Origin: the human T2T-CHM13v2.0 reference genome, Homo sapiens
NCBI RefSeq assembly: GCF_009914755.1
Contig: NC_060941.1
DNA length: 64,000 bases
Direction: 5' to 3' (one strand)
Shown here: piece after piece, positions 30,108 to 49,494 of the stretch
Layout of the letters: the number at the start of each line of letters is the position of its first letter
How positions within the stretch are numbered: position 1 is the stretch's first letter
Program-made: the position numbers and the translations under genes
The notes under the pieces: model-generated
Database searches by the model: none
Seen by the model: only the letters and a program-made list of their open reading frames with translations
Told to the model about the DNA's origin: nothing

Positions 30108-32146
30108 TGCCATACATGTTTAACTCTCAAGTTTGATGACTTCTAAATTTCTTTTTATGCCAAGCTTTTTGGGGGACATATAACTGCCACACAACATAAG
30201 TAAATGTGGCAGCTATAAATGGCACAATAGAGGTGATATGGCTGAAGAAGAGGATTCAGGAAAACAAGGGTTACATTAACAGAATGATGATTGAATGGGT
30301 GGATGTAAGGCAATTTCAAACAGCTTGCCAAAGGAAAGCCTCGTTTTTCTATTTTCTTGTACAGTATCTAATTTCTGGCTCCTCATTTCCTCAGTGATCT
30401 GATAATTATGAAATTCTAAATAAAGTGTCATCTTTCTTGCAACAAGTCAATGAACAGAAAGCTCCCATCAACAATGCAGATATTTCCTAAAGTTCCCGCT
30501 GATGATTTCCTGAATGTCTACCCCACAAACCACACACAAAGTTCTTTGAGAACAAGAATTTGAGAACAAGAAACTGACTCTATCCCATGACAAATTCAGC
30601 TTGCGTGTGTGTTCATGCATGTGTGTGCATGTGTGTATGTATTTTAAAAGAGGATTAAGAAGTATAATAATATGCAGCTGACAGTAATGAGTTACCGTAA
30701 TTTGCCTTTTATTACCAACTTAAGATTGAAATTTAGTCCTTTCTCAATGCTGTGGTACAAATACAGGAAAGAATTCCTCCTCATTGTGTATTTGTACCCA
30801 CAGCTGCAGTAAAAGTATTTTTGCATTCCTTATCAGAGATTTATACCAACAGAATCACCAAATACACCATTATATTTAGGGCATTCCTCTCCCAATTTAA
30901 AATAATTCCACCTTTATTCCGCAAGCCACCCTTAGAGTAATCATAAAATACAAAGGCAAACTTGTGAAATTAAAAAAAACTATAGGTTACTAAGTCTCCA
31001 GGTATGTAACTAAGCCTAAACTTATCTATTAATAAAATAACATTATGGAGAACTTTGTTTTAAACACTCTTTCAACCTACCAAAAATTATAGATATTCCC
31101 ACTTTTTCAAAAAACTCCCATCTTTTGCATTCTGTTTGTTTCAATTATTCAGGGCAACCCAGGCTGATAATTACACAGTCCCCAGTTGCTGAGTAAAAGT
31201 GATGCTTAATTAGCCAGCAGGAAAGATCGATTAAGATCCAGCAGGGCATCTCATGAGGTTCTCTCACATTCCTGAATGGAATAGATTCTGGCTGTGCCCT
31301 TCCGAAGGATAAAATTCTCTGCTTCTATGGAGTTTCAATGAGGTTTTTAGAGCAGATACTAAGAACTGTCAGCCACGCAAATTAAATCCCAACCATAACC
31401 CTGCAGATGCTCTTCCTTTTCTAAGAATATTCAGTTTAAACATTCTGAATCACATTGCCACCAGGTTTGAAAAGGCTAAAGGAACACTCACTTATCCCTT
31501 GTTCTCATTCAGTTACCCATTTCAAGCAATAGGTGGTCAGAAAATATATTATAAAGGAAAATTTTTATTTTTTCCCCAAGCAAGTGTTTGCATCTCTCAG
31601 ATGCTCACATTCTAAAATGCACAAATTACATCAGGGCCTCTTATTTTTAAAAAATGACATAATATTTCAACCCAGTCCAGGAATAAAACATCCCAATGTA
31701 GTCAAAGAATCAACTTGATAAGTCTCATTTAAGTTTTCTATGAGGTAAGGAGATGTGGAAGTAAAATCAGTACCAAAAATCATAATGAACATTATCTCAT
31801 ACTGCCTAACACTTTCTCGTTAATAATTTGGACAAGCATAAATGTTTAGCTTTCACCATTTTTTTAGTTAAATGCAAAAGTGGTCAATAAAGGCTAACAT
31901 AAAAATCCAAAGCTAAAAGCAGAATAATTACCTCAAGATACATACATAATTATCAAAACATTTTTATTTTGGTAAACTACACTAACTATGCTTGCCTGCC
32001 TCCAGTTCAATTCAGTAAATATTTATTAAGTTTCTGCCAAGTATAAAGAACTATGATAGGTATGTCTTACCTTGTGACTTTATTTTACTGATTATAAATT
32101 GTTTTAAAGCTTATGAAGAAGATTAATGGAACCAGTTTATACAAAC

Positions 32147-32252
32147 CTGGCTTTGATTTGCTGAAAGCCCCGTAGAATATGGTCTCTGTGATCCCTTGCA
32201 ACAGCGCTGAGGTTCTCATTCCGCAAACCTTCTGCCAGAAACTCTTCAGCAT
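32147..32252 (-). CDS. SKAP1: SKAP1 (SKAP55, Src kinase-associated phosphoprotein 1) coding exon 2, 106 nt, N-terminal dimerisation region
   Basis: Translation (D)[34 protein letters not shown](R) matches the recalled human SKAP1 N-terminus ([24 protein letters not shown]...). Acceptor ctttccttttcttttag|AT with AG at 32254-32253; donor GCCAG|gtttgt with GT at 32146-32145; phase 1 in, phase 2 out. Confidence 0.97.
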
Positions 32253-32325
32253 CTAAAAGAAAAGGAAAGTTGATAAAACAGAAAAGATGTACTAAGGGAG
32301 AAAGGAAAATCAGAAGGATTAAGAA

Positions 32326-32407
32326 ATGGCACATGTATACATATGTAACTAACCTGCACAATGTGCACATGTACCCTAAAACTTAAAGTATAATAAAAAA
32401 AAAAAAA
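32326..32407 (+). mobile_element. Very short young L1 3' end (L1PA2/L1HS-like) with poly(A)
   Basis: ATGGCACATGTATACATATGTAACTAACCTGCACAATGTGCACATGTACCCTAAAACTTAAAGTATAAT followed by A13. Confidence 0.9.
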
Positions 32408-32419
32408 CTTTATAGTTGT

Positions 32420-32515
32420 GGCACAATGTGAATGTGCTTAATGCCACAGAACTGTATACTTTATAATAGTTAAGATGGTAAAATTTATATTTTGTATATG
32501 TTACCAGAATAAATA
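32420..32515 (+). mobile_element. L1MB-type 3' end fragment
   Basis: caatgtgaatgtgcttaatgccacagaactgtatactt...taagatggtaaaattta. Confidence 0.65.
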
Positions 32516-32687
32516 ATAACTAAAATTTTATATATACCTGTAGGTAACATGTTCTAATAATCCAAGACCTTGCTATGAATTTAGAAAACTATGACATATA
32601 TTAGCCATAAGAAATAACTATTTTCTAAATCATTTTAAGTAAACATTTACATATTAATTATTACTGATGGCAGAGAATGGACTGTAA

Positions 32688-32992
<305 letters not shown>

Positions 32993-33523
32993 TGGACTGT
33001 CAATTTCATAAACATGTAATATTATAAATAAGTCACAGAAGGTCACAGGCCAATAGAAGCTAGAAAGAAATACCAATAAATAGAGCCGAAATAAAAAATA
33101 GAGCTGAACTGCAAAAATCAAGAACAAAAGGGCAGGCATTCAAAGAAATATTAATTAGCAGATGCATCATCAATGAAAATGACAATACAACCAAGTGAAG
33201 GAACCCACATGAGAAAGACAAATGTCTCCAAGAGAAGGGAACTGCAATTAATGTGAACATATATTATAAAATAGGGACATGATAGAAATACATAATATGA
33301 AACAAATCATGTTATGTTGAAGGAAGAAATTGCAGAGGGGGGGTGGTTCTACAAATTTTCAAAGACAAAATACATTGATAATGATTACAACTGCCAGAAA
33401 CACTGGCTACACATTTTATTCTGCACAAAAGGTTTGTCATCCCCCAAAAGCGTATAAATAATATAGTTAAAATTTTCCACCTCCAAAAATTGTGCGTGTA
33501 ATATGAAACTGTATCATATATAT

Positions 33524-34071
33524 CAGGAGTCCCCAACCCCTGGGCCACACACAGGAACCTTTATTTCCTCAGTGATCTGATAATTATGAAATTTTAAAGA
33601 AAGGGCCACATGGCAGGAGGTGAGCAGCAGATGAGCAAGTGAAGCTTCATCTGTATTTACAGCTGGTCCCCATCACTTGCATTACCACCTGAGCTCCAGC
33701 TCCTGTCAGATCAGTGGCAGCATTAGATCCTTATAGGAGCACAAACCCTATTGTGAACTGTGTATGTGAGGGATCTAGGTTGTGTGCTCCTTATGAGAAT
33801 TAATGCCTGACGATCTGTCACTGACTCCTGTCACTCCCAGATGGGACCATCTAGTTGCAGAAAAACAAGCTCAAGCCTCCCACTGATTCTACATTATGGT
33901 GAGTTGTATAATTTTTTCATTATATATTACAATGTAATCATAATAGAAATAAAGTGCATAATAAATCTAATGCTCTTTAATCATCGCCAAACCATCCCCC
34001 CACCCCCGGTCCATGGAAAAATTGTCTTCCATGAAACCAGTCCCCAGTGCCAAAAAGGTTGGGGACCCCTG
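33524..34071 (+). mobile_element. MER1A hAT-Charlie element carrying a foreign 41-bp insert
   Basis: TIRs caggagtccccaacc / ggttggggacccctg; body gaagcttcatctgtatttacagc...gcagaaaaacaagctca; imperfect 8-bp TSD atatatat/atacatac. Confidence 0.88.
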
Positions 34072-34162
34072 ATACATACTATCAAAATATTGCTATGAAT
34101 TTATATAGTTGGATAAGCACACCTAAAAATTTGTTTTATATTCACGTCATTTAACAACGCCA

Positions 34163-34515
<353 letters not shown>

Positions 34516-34944
34516 ACCACCAAACAAAAAATCCTAAATAGCCATCGCTAGGACTTTTGATGAGATACAAAGTCCTGGAAATTGAATATTTCACAAAGGA
34601 CCACCATCAACATCCAAGCTCTGCATTGTATCTATTGCATATGTGATTTAATGGGTTCCACTAGGGTCCTTTGAATGCTAACGAATGAGGAAATGGGAAG
34701 CTGAATTAAAAGGCAAAAATAAATGACATCTAAGATTCAATTTATGTAATATATCATAACAATAGAATAAAGGAAAAAAACCACATGATCATCTCACTAG
34801 ACACAGAAGAAGCATTTAACAAAAGTCAACAGCCTTTCGTGATAAAAATTCTCAACAAACTAGGAATAGAAGGAAGCTTCCTCAAACTAATAAAAAGCAT
34901 CAACACAAACCCACAGCTAACATTGTACTTAATGATTAAAGACT

Positions 34945-35260
34945 GGCCAGTCATGGTGGCTCGTGCCTGTAATCCCAACCTTTTGGGAGGCCGAGGCAAG
35001 AGGATCACTTAAGGGCAGAAGTTTTGAGACTAGCCTAGATGATATAGAGAGATTCCATCTCTACAAAAGATAATTTTTAAAAAATTGGCTGGGCATTGTG
35101 GTGCATGCCTGTAGTCCTAGCTACTCAAGAGGTTCAAGTGGGAGGATCACTTGAGCCTGGAAGGTTGAGGCTGCAGTGAGCCATGACTGTGCCACTCCAG
35201 CCTGGGTGGCAGAGCAAGACTCTTGTCTCAAAAAAAAAAAAAAATTAAAAAGAAAATAAA
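34945..35260 (+). repeat. AluJ inside L1MB
   Basis: Alu consensus; TSD ending aaagact. Confidence 0.9.
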
Positions 35261-35552
35261 TGGTCAAAGACTGAACACTTTCCCCACGTTCCTTAGATCA
35301 GGAATAAGATAAGGATGTCTGTTCTCACCACTTATACTGAACATTGTACAGGTGATGCCAGCCAGGACAACTAAGCAAGAAAATGAAATAAAAAGCATTC
35401 AAACTGGAAAGGAAGAAGTAAAACTATTTCTATTTGCAGATGACATCCTGTATATGGAACACCCTAAGGAATCTATTAAAAAACTATTAAAACTAATAAA
35501 AGAGTTCAGCAACTTTGCAGGATATAAGATCAATGTAAAAAAATCAACTGTA

Positions 35553-35865
<313 letters not shown>

Positions 35866-35942
35866 AATCAACTGTATTTCTATATAGTGGCAATGAACAA
35901 ACAAAAAGGACATTAATAAAATTCCATTTAAGATAGCATGTA

Positions 35943-36250
35943 GGATGGGCATGGTGGTCCATGCTTGGGATTATTCTCAGCACTTCGGGAGGCCAAGGCG
36001 GGCAGATCATTTGAGCCCAGGAGTTGGTCAACATGATGAAACCCCGCCTCTACAAAAAATACAAAAATTAGCCAGGCATGGTGGTGCACATCTGTGGTCC
36101 CAGCTGCTCAGGAGGCTAAGGTGGCCTCATTTGAGCCCAGGGAGGTTGAGGCTGCAGTGAGCTGAGATCACATCACTGCACTCCAGGCTGGGTGACAGAG
36201 CAAGACCTTATCTCAAAAATAAAAATTAAAAAAAAAGAAAAGAAATAAAG
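35943..36250 (+). repeat. AluJ inside L1MB
   Basis: Alu consensus. Confidence 0.88.
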
Positions 36251-36369
36251 CAGGTAAAAGAATTAAGAATTAAGCACTTACGAATAAATAGAACATATTC
36301 TATGTTCATGATCAGAAGACTTAATATCGTTAAAATGGCAATACTCCCCAAACTGATCTAAAGCTTTTA

Positions 36370-37059
<690 letters not shown>

Positions 37060-37767
37060 CTACCTCACACCATATAAAAAAATTAACTAAAAATGGATCA
37101 AAGACCTAAATATAAGAGCTAAAACTATGAAACTCTTAGAAAAAGACAGGTGTAAATCTTTGGGTCCTTGGATTAGGTAATGGTTTCTTAGATATGACAC
37201 CAAGAAAAAAAAAGCAACCAAATACAAAAATAGACAAACAAGGCATCATCAAATTTAAAAGCTATTGTGCTTCAAAGAAGGCCAACAAGAAAGCAAAAGG
37301 ATAACCCACAGAATGAGAGAAAAGCTTTTGCAAATCATATAGCTGATGAAAGACTTGTATGTAGAATATATTAAAACTCTTATATTTCAGTAATAATAAG
37401 ACAAATAGCCCAACTGAAAAATGAGAAAAGGAACTGAATAGACATATCTCTAAAGAAGATACACAAATGACCAATAAGCACATTAAAAGATGTTCAATAT
37501 CACTAGCCATCAGGGAAATGCAAATCAAAATCATGAAATACCACTTCACACCCACTAGAATGGTTACAGGCGAAAAGAACAACAATGAATGTTGTTGAAA
37601 ATGTAGAAAAATTGGAAACCTTATACATTGCTGGTAGGAATGTAAAACAGTGCAGCCACTTAGAAAAATAATCTAGCAGTTCCTCAAAAGGCTAAACAGA
37701 GAATTATCATAGGATCCAGAAATTATATTACTAGGAAATACCCAAAAGAAATGAAAACAGGTGCTGA

Positions 37768-38118
<351 letters not shown>

Positions 38119-38568
38119 TAAAAAGTGGAAACAACCCAAATATCCATTAACTGATGAATGGATAGATAAAATGTAGCATACAATGGAATATTATTCAGCA
38201 ATAAAAGGAAATGAAATGCTGATATGTGCTACAACATGGATGAATCTTTAAAATCATTATGCTAAGTGAAAGGAGCCAGTCACAAAGGACCACATATCGT
38301 ATGATTCCATTTACATGAAATGTATAGAATAGGCAGATCTAAAGAGACAGAAAGTAGATAAAGAAAGTCAGGAAGAGGGATTGGAGAGTGAAGGCTAAGA
38401 GGTTCAGGTTTTCTTTCGGTGTAATGAAAATGTTCTAAAATTTACTGTGGTGATAGTTACACAATTCTGTGAATATACTAGAAGCCATTGAGTTGTATGC
38501 TTTAAATGTGTGAGTTGTATAGTATGTGAATTATATCTCAATGAAGCTGTTTAAAAAAATAAATAAAT

Positions 38569-38839
<271 letters not shown>

Positions 38840-39271
38840 CTATATTGAATATTTTTTATTACATTTACACTTTGAAAATCATAGTTAAAATATATATACA
38901 TATATATATATGTATCAGTGTGTGTGTGTGTATAAATAACAACACCTACACATATCCTTTTGAGCTTTCAAAATTTCAAGGAAAGTGAAAACATCTCTCA
39001 AGCACCCAGAGAGAAAAAATAAGACACCTACAGAACAACAGCAACAAGAACAACAAAATCAAAATGGCCTTGCTACAAAATAAGCATCAGAAGATGAGAC
39101 GTGTACAAAGTTTTAAAGGAAAAATGGTGTGCTCTAAGAATTCCAAGCATAGTCAAGATGTTGGTTTGGCCATATAGAAGGAGAAAATCTTCTGAAGTAT
39201 ATGTTCTGATCCACAAAGAGAAAGAGGTGGTGATAAATGTCAAACTGCAAAACAAGTTAAATCTAGATCAC

Positions 39272-39983
<712 letters not shown>

Positions 39984-40639
39984 CTAGTTAGAAAATGAAT
40001 AGAGAGGAAAATATATACTAAATTACACATTTACATAGGGTCAATGGATACTACTTCATCCTTGACAGTGATAATTAAAGACAATGGGTTTAATTATGAT
40101 TTTTTGAAGTGTAAATGTAATAAAAGTAGAATTAAAGGTTTTTAAAATATTCAATATAATAAAATATAGAAAAAAGAAAAGCAAAATAGCATAAAAGTGG
40201 AACTCATAAAATAAGATGACAATAGTGAAAAGTTAGACTTCTGTATTAAAAGCAAAAATTTTTGTACTGTATCAAAAAATTACACAAGTTTAATTACTAT
40301 TTAAAAGATATCCGAAATAAATGAAGCTGAAAATAAAAGAAGAGAGGTGTACAAAACATCCTAGGCAAAATGATTTTTTAAAAGCAAGAATGGCAATAAT
40401 TCATATCGAAATAGAATTAAAGAAACTATTATTAAAAGGCCAAAGGTGGTAATTTCATTTGATGTAAAGTACAATCCACAATAGATATGACCTGTTATGT
40501 GCTAAGTAACGCACTAAAATACATACAATGAAAACTGTGAGAGAAGCAGAAATTACTAAAAAAAACATTTTAATGTTACTACTAGTCTTGGATAGATGAA
40601 GTAGACAAAAATAAATAATGGTTTGGAGTGTGTCCAACA

Positions 40640-41370
<731 letters not shown>

Positions 41371-41455
41371 ATAGAGGATTCAAATAATAGAATTAACAGA
41401 AAAGATAACAGAAGTAAGAAGTGAACTAAACTTTGTAACCTAAAAACAGAATACA

Positions 41456-41782
<327 letters not shown>

Positions 41783-41854
41783 TTACAAACTACCAAGGAA
41801 AATTTATAAATATTGATTAAACACTGAATTACAGGAAAATCAATAATTTCTTAA

Positions 41855-42466
<612 letters not shown>

Positions 42467-42875
42467 TAGAAAGATCTTATTTTATTACCACAGTGAAATA
42501 AAACCAGAACTTGATATTAAAAAGAGTAAACAAACCCCTCTACACTTAAACATTAAAAACACATACTCCTACATATATTATGAGTCAAAGAGAAACTCAA
42601 AAATTATAATTACCACTTAGGAGAAAACAGCCTATATAAAATGTTACAAGATATGACCAGCATCATGGAGTGACAAATTCATAGACTTAAATATTTTCGA
42701 TGTTAAATAAGAAAGAACATAAGTAAATGCAATAAACACCAAACTCAAGAAGTCAGAACAGAACAATAAAACAAGTCTATGGGGAAAAGGAGGAAGGAAA
42801 CAATAAAGATAAAAGCAGAAATTAGTGTATCAGAACAATGGTTTTCTAACAGTGCTCTCTGGATTCACAAGCCTC

Positions 42876-42927
42876 TGATAAGAAAGAAAAAGAGTGGGAA
42901 ATTCCCTTCTCCTCACTCCCCTTTGAT
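42876..42927. promoter_or_regulatory. Candidate lymphoid enhancer motif cluster (GATA, NF-kB, TCF/LEF)
   Basis: TGATAA 42876-81, GGGAAATTCCC 42896-906, CTTTGAT 42921-27; motif only. Confidence 0.3.
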
Positions 42928-43047
42928 TTAATCACAAGTGCTTGGCTTTTATATGCCAGGATTTCACATACGGTTTTATTTTTTTTAAAGAGTTCCATTG
43001 TACAACTTAGTGGGTAAAAATCATAAGCCTTAAAAATAGCGGGGAAA

Positions 43048-43360
<313 letters not shown>

Positions 43361-44853
43361 CTACATAAGTGTAAGTGTAAGAGCTGGAATTTTTCAGAGG
43401 GGGGGGAATCCAGTAAATGATAAACCATTAGTAAATGCAATCAAGAAGAAGGAGAGAAAGCACAAATATACAAAAATTAGGCAGAGTAAAAAGGAGCAAA
43501 AACAAAATTTTTAGAAAGATCATGAAATACTTTACAAAAGTGGTAAGAGTTCAAGTGCTTTTAATTTCTTTCTTTGTACTTTTATATATAATTTAAGTTT
43601 TGTGATAACAAGAATCATTTTATCTCTTTAAAAAGATATTTTGAAAAATAAAGTGCCATGTAAACAAAATAAAACACCAGGCAAATAAATTTGAAAATCT
43701 CAATGAAAAGTTGCTGAGAAAAATATAAATTTCTAAAACTAAATTGAGAAATGAAAAACCTGAATTCTGAATAAGCTAATAAGCAGGGGGAAAGAAAGTT
43801 GCCGAAATGTTTTTTATTTATTAAGTTCAAGTTTAGATAGTTTTATACATGTCTTTCAAACCTTTGAGTAATAAATAATTCTCATTCTATATAAACTATC
43901 CCAGAGCATACAAAAAGAGGAAAAGTTCAAATATTTGGTAAAAGCTACCATAACCCTAGTTCTAAAAGCACAGAAAGCAATCAGTTTAAGGTTAGTAGAG
44001 AGACAAAAGTCCTATATAAAATACTAGTAAATCAAACTTAGTAATACATTAAAATATTAATGTAAAGCTTATATTGGGAATGTAAAGATGTTTCAATACT
44101 ATTGTTTCATTGTATATTTCTTTAATAGGTTAAAAAATCTAAAAAATTTCCTGATAAATGGCAAAAATGTCATCTAATGGTATTTATATCTACTAGTGAC
44201 AAAACTGTAGTAAAACAGAAGTATTCCCCAATGCCAAAACTTTATGACTAAGATACTAAGGAAAGAAACTGTAGACCAATATACAATACATTTGCCCTTC
44301 AATTTAGAAAATGGTGCTACTCACAGTGAATGTGATCTGCAGGTGCCTGAGCAACTTCACTGCTGTACTTCACTACTCACTACTGAACAGCAAAGAGACT
44401 TAACAAGTTCCCTCGATAGGTCACCTCTCTATTTAACCAAGCTCCCCATCAACCTGATGGGTTTTCCACTAAGTGACCAACCTTTTTAAAATAAAATCTT
44501 TCCTAACATATACATCAGATCATGTCACATCAGGATAGGCTGAGCTACCTATGGGGTAGATACTGCTGTTCCATTTTCTGGGTAAAGAAACTTGCTCCCA
44601 GGTTACACACCTAGCAAGTGGTGCAACCAAGATAGTCTTACCATAAGATCCAGCAGTCATACTCTTAAGTATTTATCCAATTAAGCTAAAAATTTATGTC
44701 CACACAAAAATCTGCAAGTGAATGTTCATAACACATTTTCTCATAATTGCCAAAGAGTGGAAGCAACCAAAATGTCCCTCAATAGGTGAATAGATAAACA
44801 AACTGTGACACCTCCATACCCTGGAATATTATTCAGCATTAAAAAGAACTCTC

Positions 44854-45157
<304 letters not shown>

Positions 45158-45946
45158 GGAATGAACTCTCAAGCTAGAAAAAGATAGAGTTCAGGAGTGG
45201 GCGAGGGATAAACAGGTAAGGCATAAGGGATTTTTAGGGTAGTGAAATTATACCGTATCATACTATAATGGCAGATACATGACATCATGCATTTGTTGAA
45301 ACCTATAGAACTTTAAAACACAGAGTGAGCCTTAATGCCTGCAAATTTCAAGAAGTCATTTAGGAGGTTAGGAGATTTCAAGAAAGAATGTAAACTGTAA
45401 CAACGTAATCTAACTGTATTACAAATCTAAGAAATAAATTCACTGAAGGGGAAAGGGAAAAGGCGCTGACCTAAGTAGCTTTGGAAATGAGCAGAATTTG
45501 CAAGACTACAGGCAAAAGGAACTGAACATAAACACTGAACTCTAGTCAATAAAGTTGTTTGCCATGGGTGTATGGGTTAACAATTCTTATACCGCTATAC
45601 ATGTTTACTGTAATTGAACAATTAAGTAAATGGATGATGAATGGTGGGTGCCAGGTTTCTCACTGTTGGAGTGGAAAGGAGGGGAAAAGGTAGCAAGAAT
45701 AGCAAGGCGAAGAGTCTAGAATGATCCATGTGGTAATGAATTAGAATTGGAGACATCAGTAAGAGCCCATGTTTCACTTTACACAGATACAGTTGGTTAT
45801 ATATAGAAACATATAAATCAGGTTATTATTAATACATACACGTGTATTTCCTTGCTTTGTCAGCTAAGAGGACCTAAAAGAAATGACATCACAGTAACAA
45901 GGAGCATACCTAGCACAAACATCTTGATTTCTAGTACCAATCTTCA

Positions 45947-46552
<606 letters not shown>

Positions 46553-46588
46553 TTATATCAATAAATGGTTGAATAGATAAATAAGTGA

Positions 46589-46872
46589 GGCCGGGCACGG
46601 TGGCTTGTGCCTGTAATCCCAGTACTTTGGGAAGCTGAGACGGGCAGATCACTTGAGGTCAGGAGTTTGAGACCAGTCTGGCCAACATGGCGAAACCCCA
46701 TCTCTACCAAAAATACAAAAATTCACTGGGTGTGCTGGTGCCTACCTGTAATCCCAGATACTCGAGAGGCTGAGGCAGGAGAATTGTTTGAACCCAGAGG
46801 CAGAGGTTGCAGTGAGCCGACATCACGCCACTGCACACCAGCCTGGGTGGTAGAGCCAGATTCCATCTCAAA

Positions 46873-46907
<35 letters not shown>

Positions 46908-46908
46908 A
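46589..46908 (+). repeat. AluS with (TAAA)n tail
   Basis: Alu consensus. Confidence 0.92.
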
Positions 46909-48702
46909 TGGGAGACAAGAGATGAATCTCCAGTGCAGAAGAATTTCAAATAATTTATGTACTACTCCACTCTAAAGTGGGGGAGCATAACTCCCACTCC
47001 TTAAGTGTGGGGTGCACATAGCAACTGTCTTCCAAAGAGTATGGAAAGGATGAATAAGAAGTCACCTTACAATAGAGAAACCTGACAAACATCATATCAG
47101 CCAGGTGATCAAAGTCAACATTAACAGTCATAATCATGCTGATAGCACGTACACTTGACATGATGGGACGAAAATAGCACTTTTCCTCTGTGATCTTCCT
47201 CCTCAAAACCCATAACCCTAGTCTAGTTATGAGAAAAAGACCAGACAAATTTTAATATAGGGGCATTCTACAATATACCTCACCAGTACTCCTCAAAACT
47301 GTCAAGGTCCTCAAAAACAAGAAAGGTCTGGGAAACTGTTACAGCAAGAGGCGCCCAAGGAGCCTAAACTAAACGAGGTATCCTGGATGGGATCCTGGAA
47401 CAGTAAAAGAACATTAGGCAAAAACTAAAGAAAACTGAATGAAATGTGGATTTTAGTTAAGAATGTATCTGTTCTGGTTCATTAAGTGTAACAGAAGTAC
47501 AATACTAATCTGAAATGCTCACAATAAGGGAAACTGGAGGAGAAAGGAGGAATAGGGGAACTCTGTACTATCTGCTTAATTTTTCTATAAATCTGAAACT
47601 GTTCTAAAAATATAAAGCCTATTAATTTAAAAAGTGGCATATGGTATAATCTTAATGTTTTGCAAATAAAAAAAAGATAGGGTTCAATTCATTCATTAAC
47701 CTGATCTTTACTGAGTCCTTCCTTTGTGCCAGTCAGGCACTGTGATAAATAACAGAACATTAACAATGGCCATCTCTGGGTAGTGAATTGCTGCCATTTT
47801 CATCATCTTCTTTATATTCTCTATATTTCTAAATGTTCTAAATATATGTGTTTTGGAATCAGAAAAAAATAAGTAAAATAATCATTATGCAAGCATGAGG
47901 TAATATTACTCACAAATTGGATAGACTTTAATTTTTGGTCCTCATCTTCATTTCACTCAGTAGTAGTGCGATCAGCTCAAGTCGTTGTGAAAAAGGAAAG
48001 GAAGCCCCCTGGTCAGAGATCAAATGGGGAATAAAGAAGATCCTACAGGAGGTGGAGTGTTAAAGTATATACTTTATTCCTGTAGATGATTAATACTATA
48101 CCTATATATAATTTTGAACATCAACTCTTCTTACTAAATTCATTTTCCTCCAGCTTTCTTGAGTAATAACTGACAAATATCCTTACTAAATTATAAGTAA
48201 AATAGCCTATGTAATTATAGTTGTGCATACTAAAATTGTTAAAAAATAATTAACATGATATAATTATCCCCCAATGATGTCACTAAGGACAAGCTGTTTT
48301 TATTATGATTTTACTTTTCAAGTTTGCTCCATATTAATTTTTAAAAGACTTCCTTTCAAAACACTTTAGGAGGTCACATGTTAATTTAAGTACTTGTTTC
48401 TTTACCTGCACTACTCAGGGGAATAAAAGTTCACAAAGATAACTTCTTCCATCTGTCTCATCCAGCTTTTTAAAAAAATCTGCTCTAAAAATACGCCCAC
48501 ACACTTACTAGATGAATAAGCATATAACCAAAAAAAAAAACCATAAAGAAGTAAAAAGCAAGGTCTACATGAGAGATCATATCTCTAGTATTATATGTGC
48601 TTTCCAATTCATTTTATGAAGCCAGTATAACTCTGATACCAAAACTTGATGAAGACCTAGGAAAGGAAACTTCAGACCAGTATATAAAACATTTGCTTTT
48701 CA

Positions 48703-49012
<310 letters not shown>

Positions 49013-49494
49013 ATTTGCTCTTCAATGTAAAAGATGATGCCACTCACAGTGATTACAACCCATAACCCAAAGAGGCCCCTCAGAACACACTACTCACCAC
49101 TGAACAGGGAAGAGATTTTAAAAGATCTCTCAATATATTACCTCCTTTATTTAACCAAGGTCATTATTCTATCTGGTGGGTTTTCTATGAAGTGATCAAC
49201 CTTTTACAAACAAGAGCTCTTCTAATATAAACATCATGTGCAGTCACATCTGAATGCCTTGAGCTTCCTGTAAGTGTAACACCCAGTGTGAAAAGCACCA
49301 CTAACTGCATAAGAACATCCCCCAGATGCTTCTAACATCGCAGCATTCACTCTATGTAGGACCTGATGCTACAGAGTCTTCCCACAGTTACCTTTAACTA
49401 GGGAGTGAACAATACCGCATGGTGTAAATGTCCTCAGACCAAAGAGAAAAGGCAAAAATCAAAAACAACCATAAACAATGCTACATTGTCTAAA

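Noticed and set aside
32137-32370. 77-aa ORF containing the SKAP1 peptide with a hydrophobic N-terminus
   Set aside because: The ATG lies in the antisense L1 fragment and the hydrophobic stretch is the translated polypyrimidine tract. Only 32147-32252 is supported as exon.
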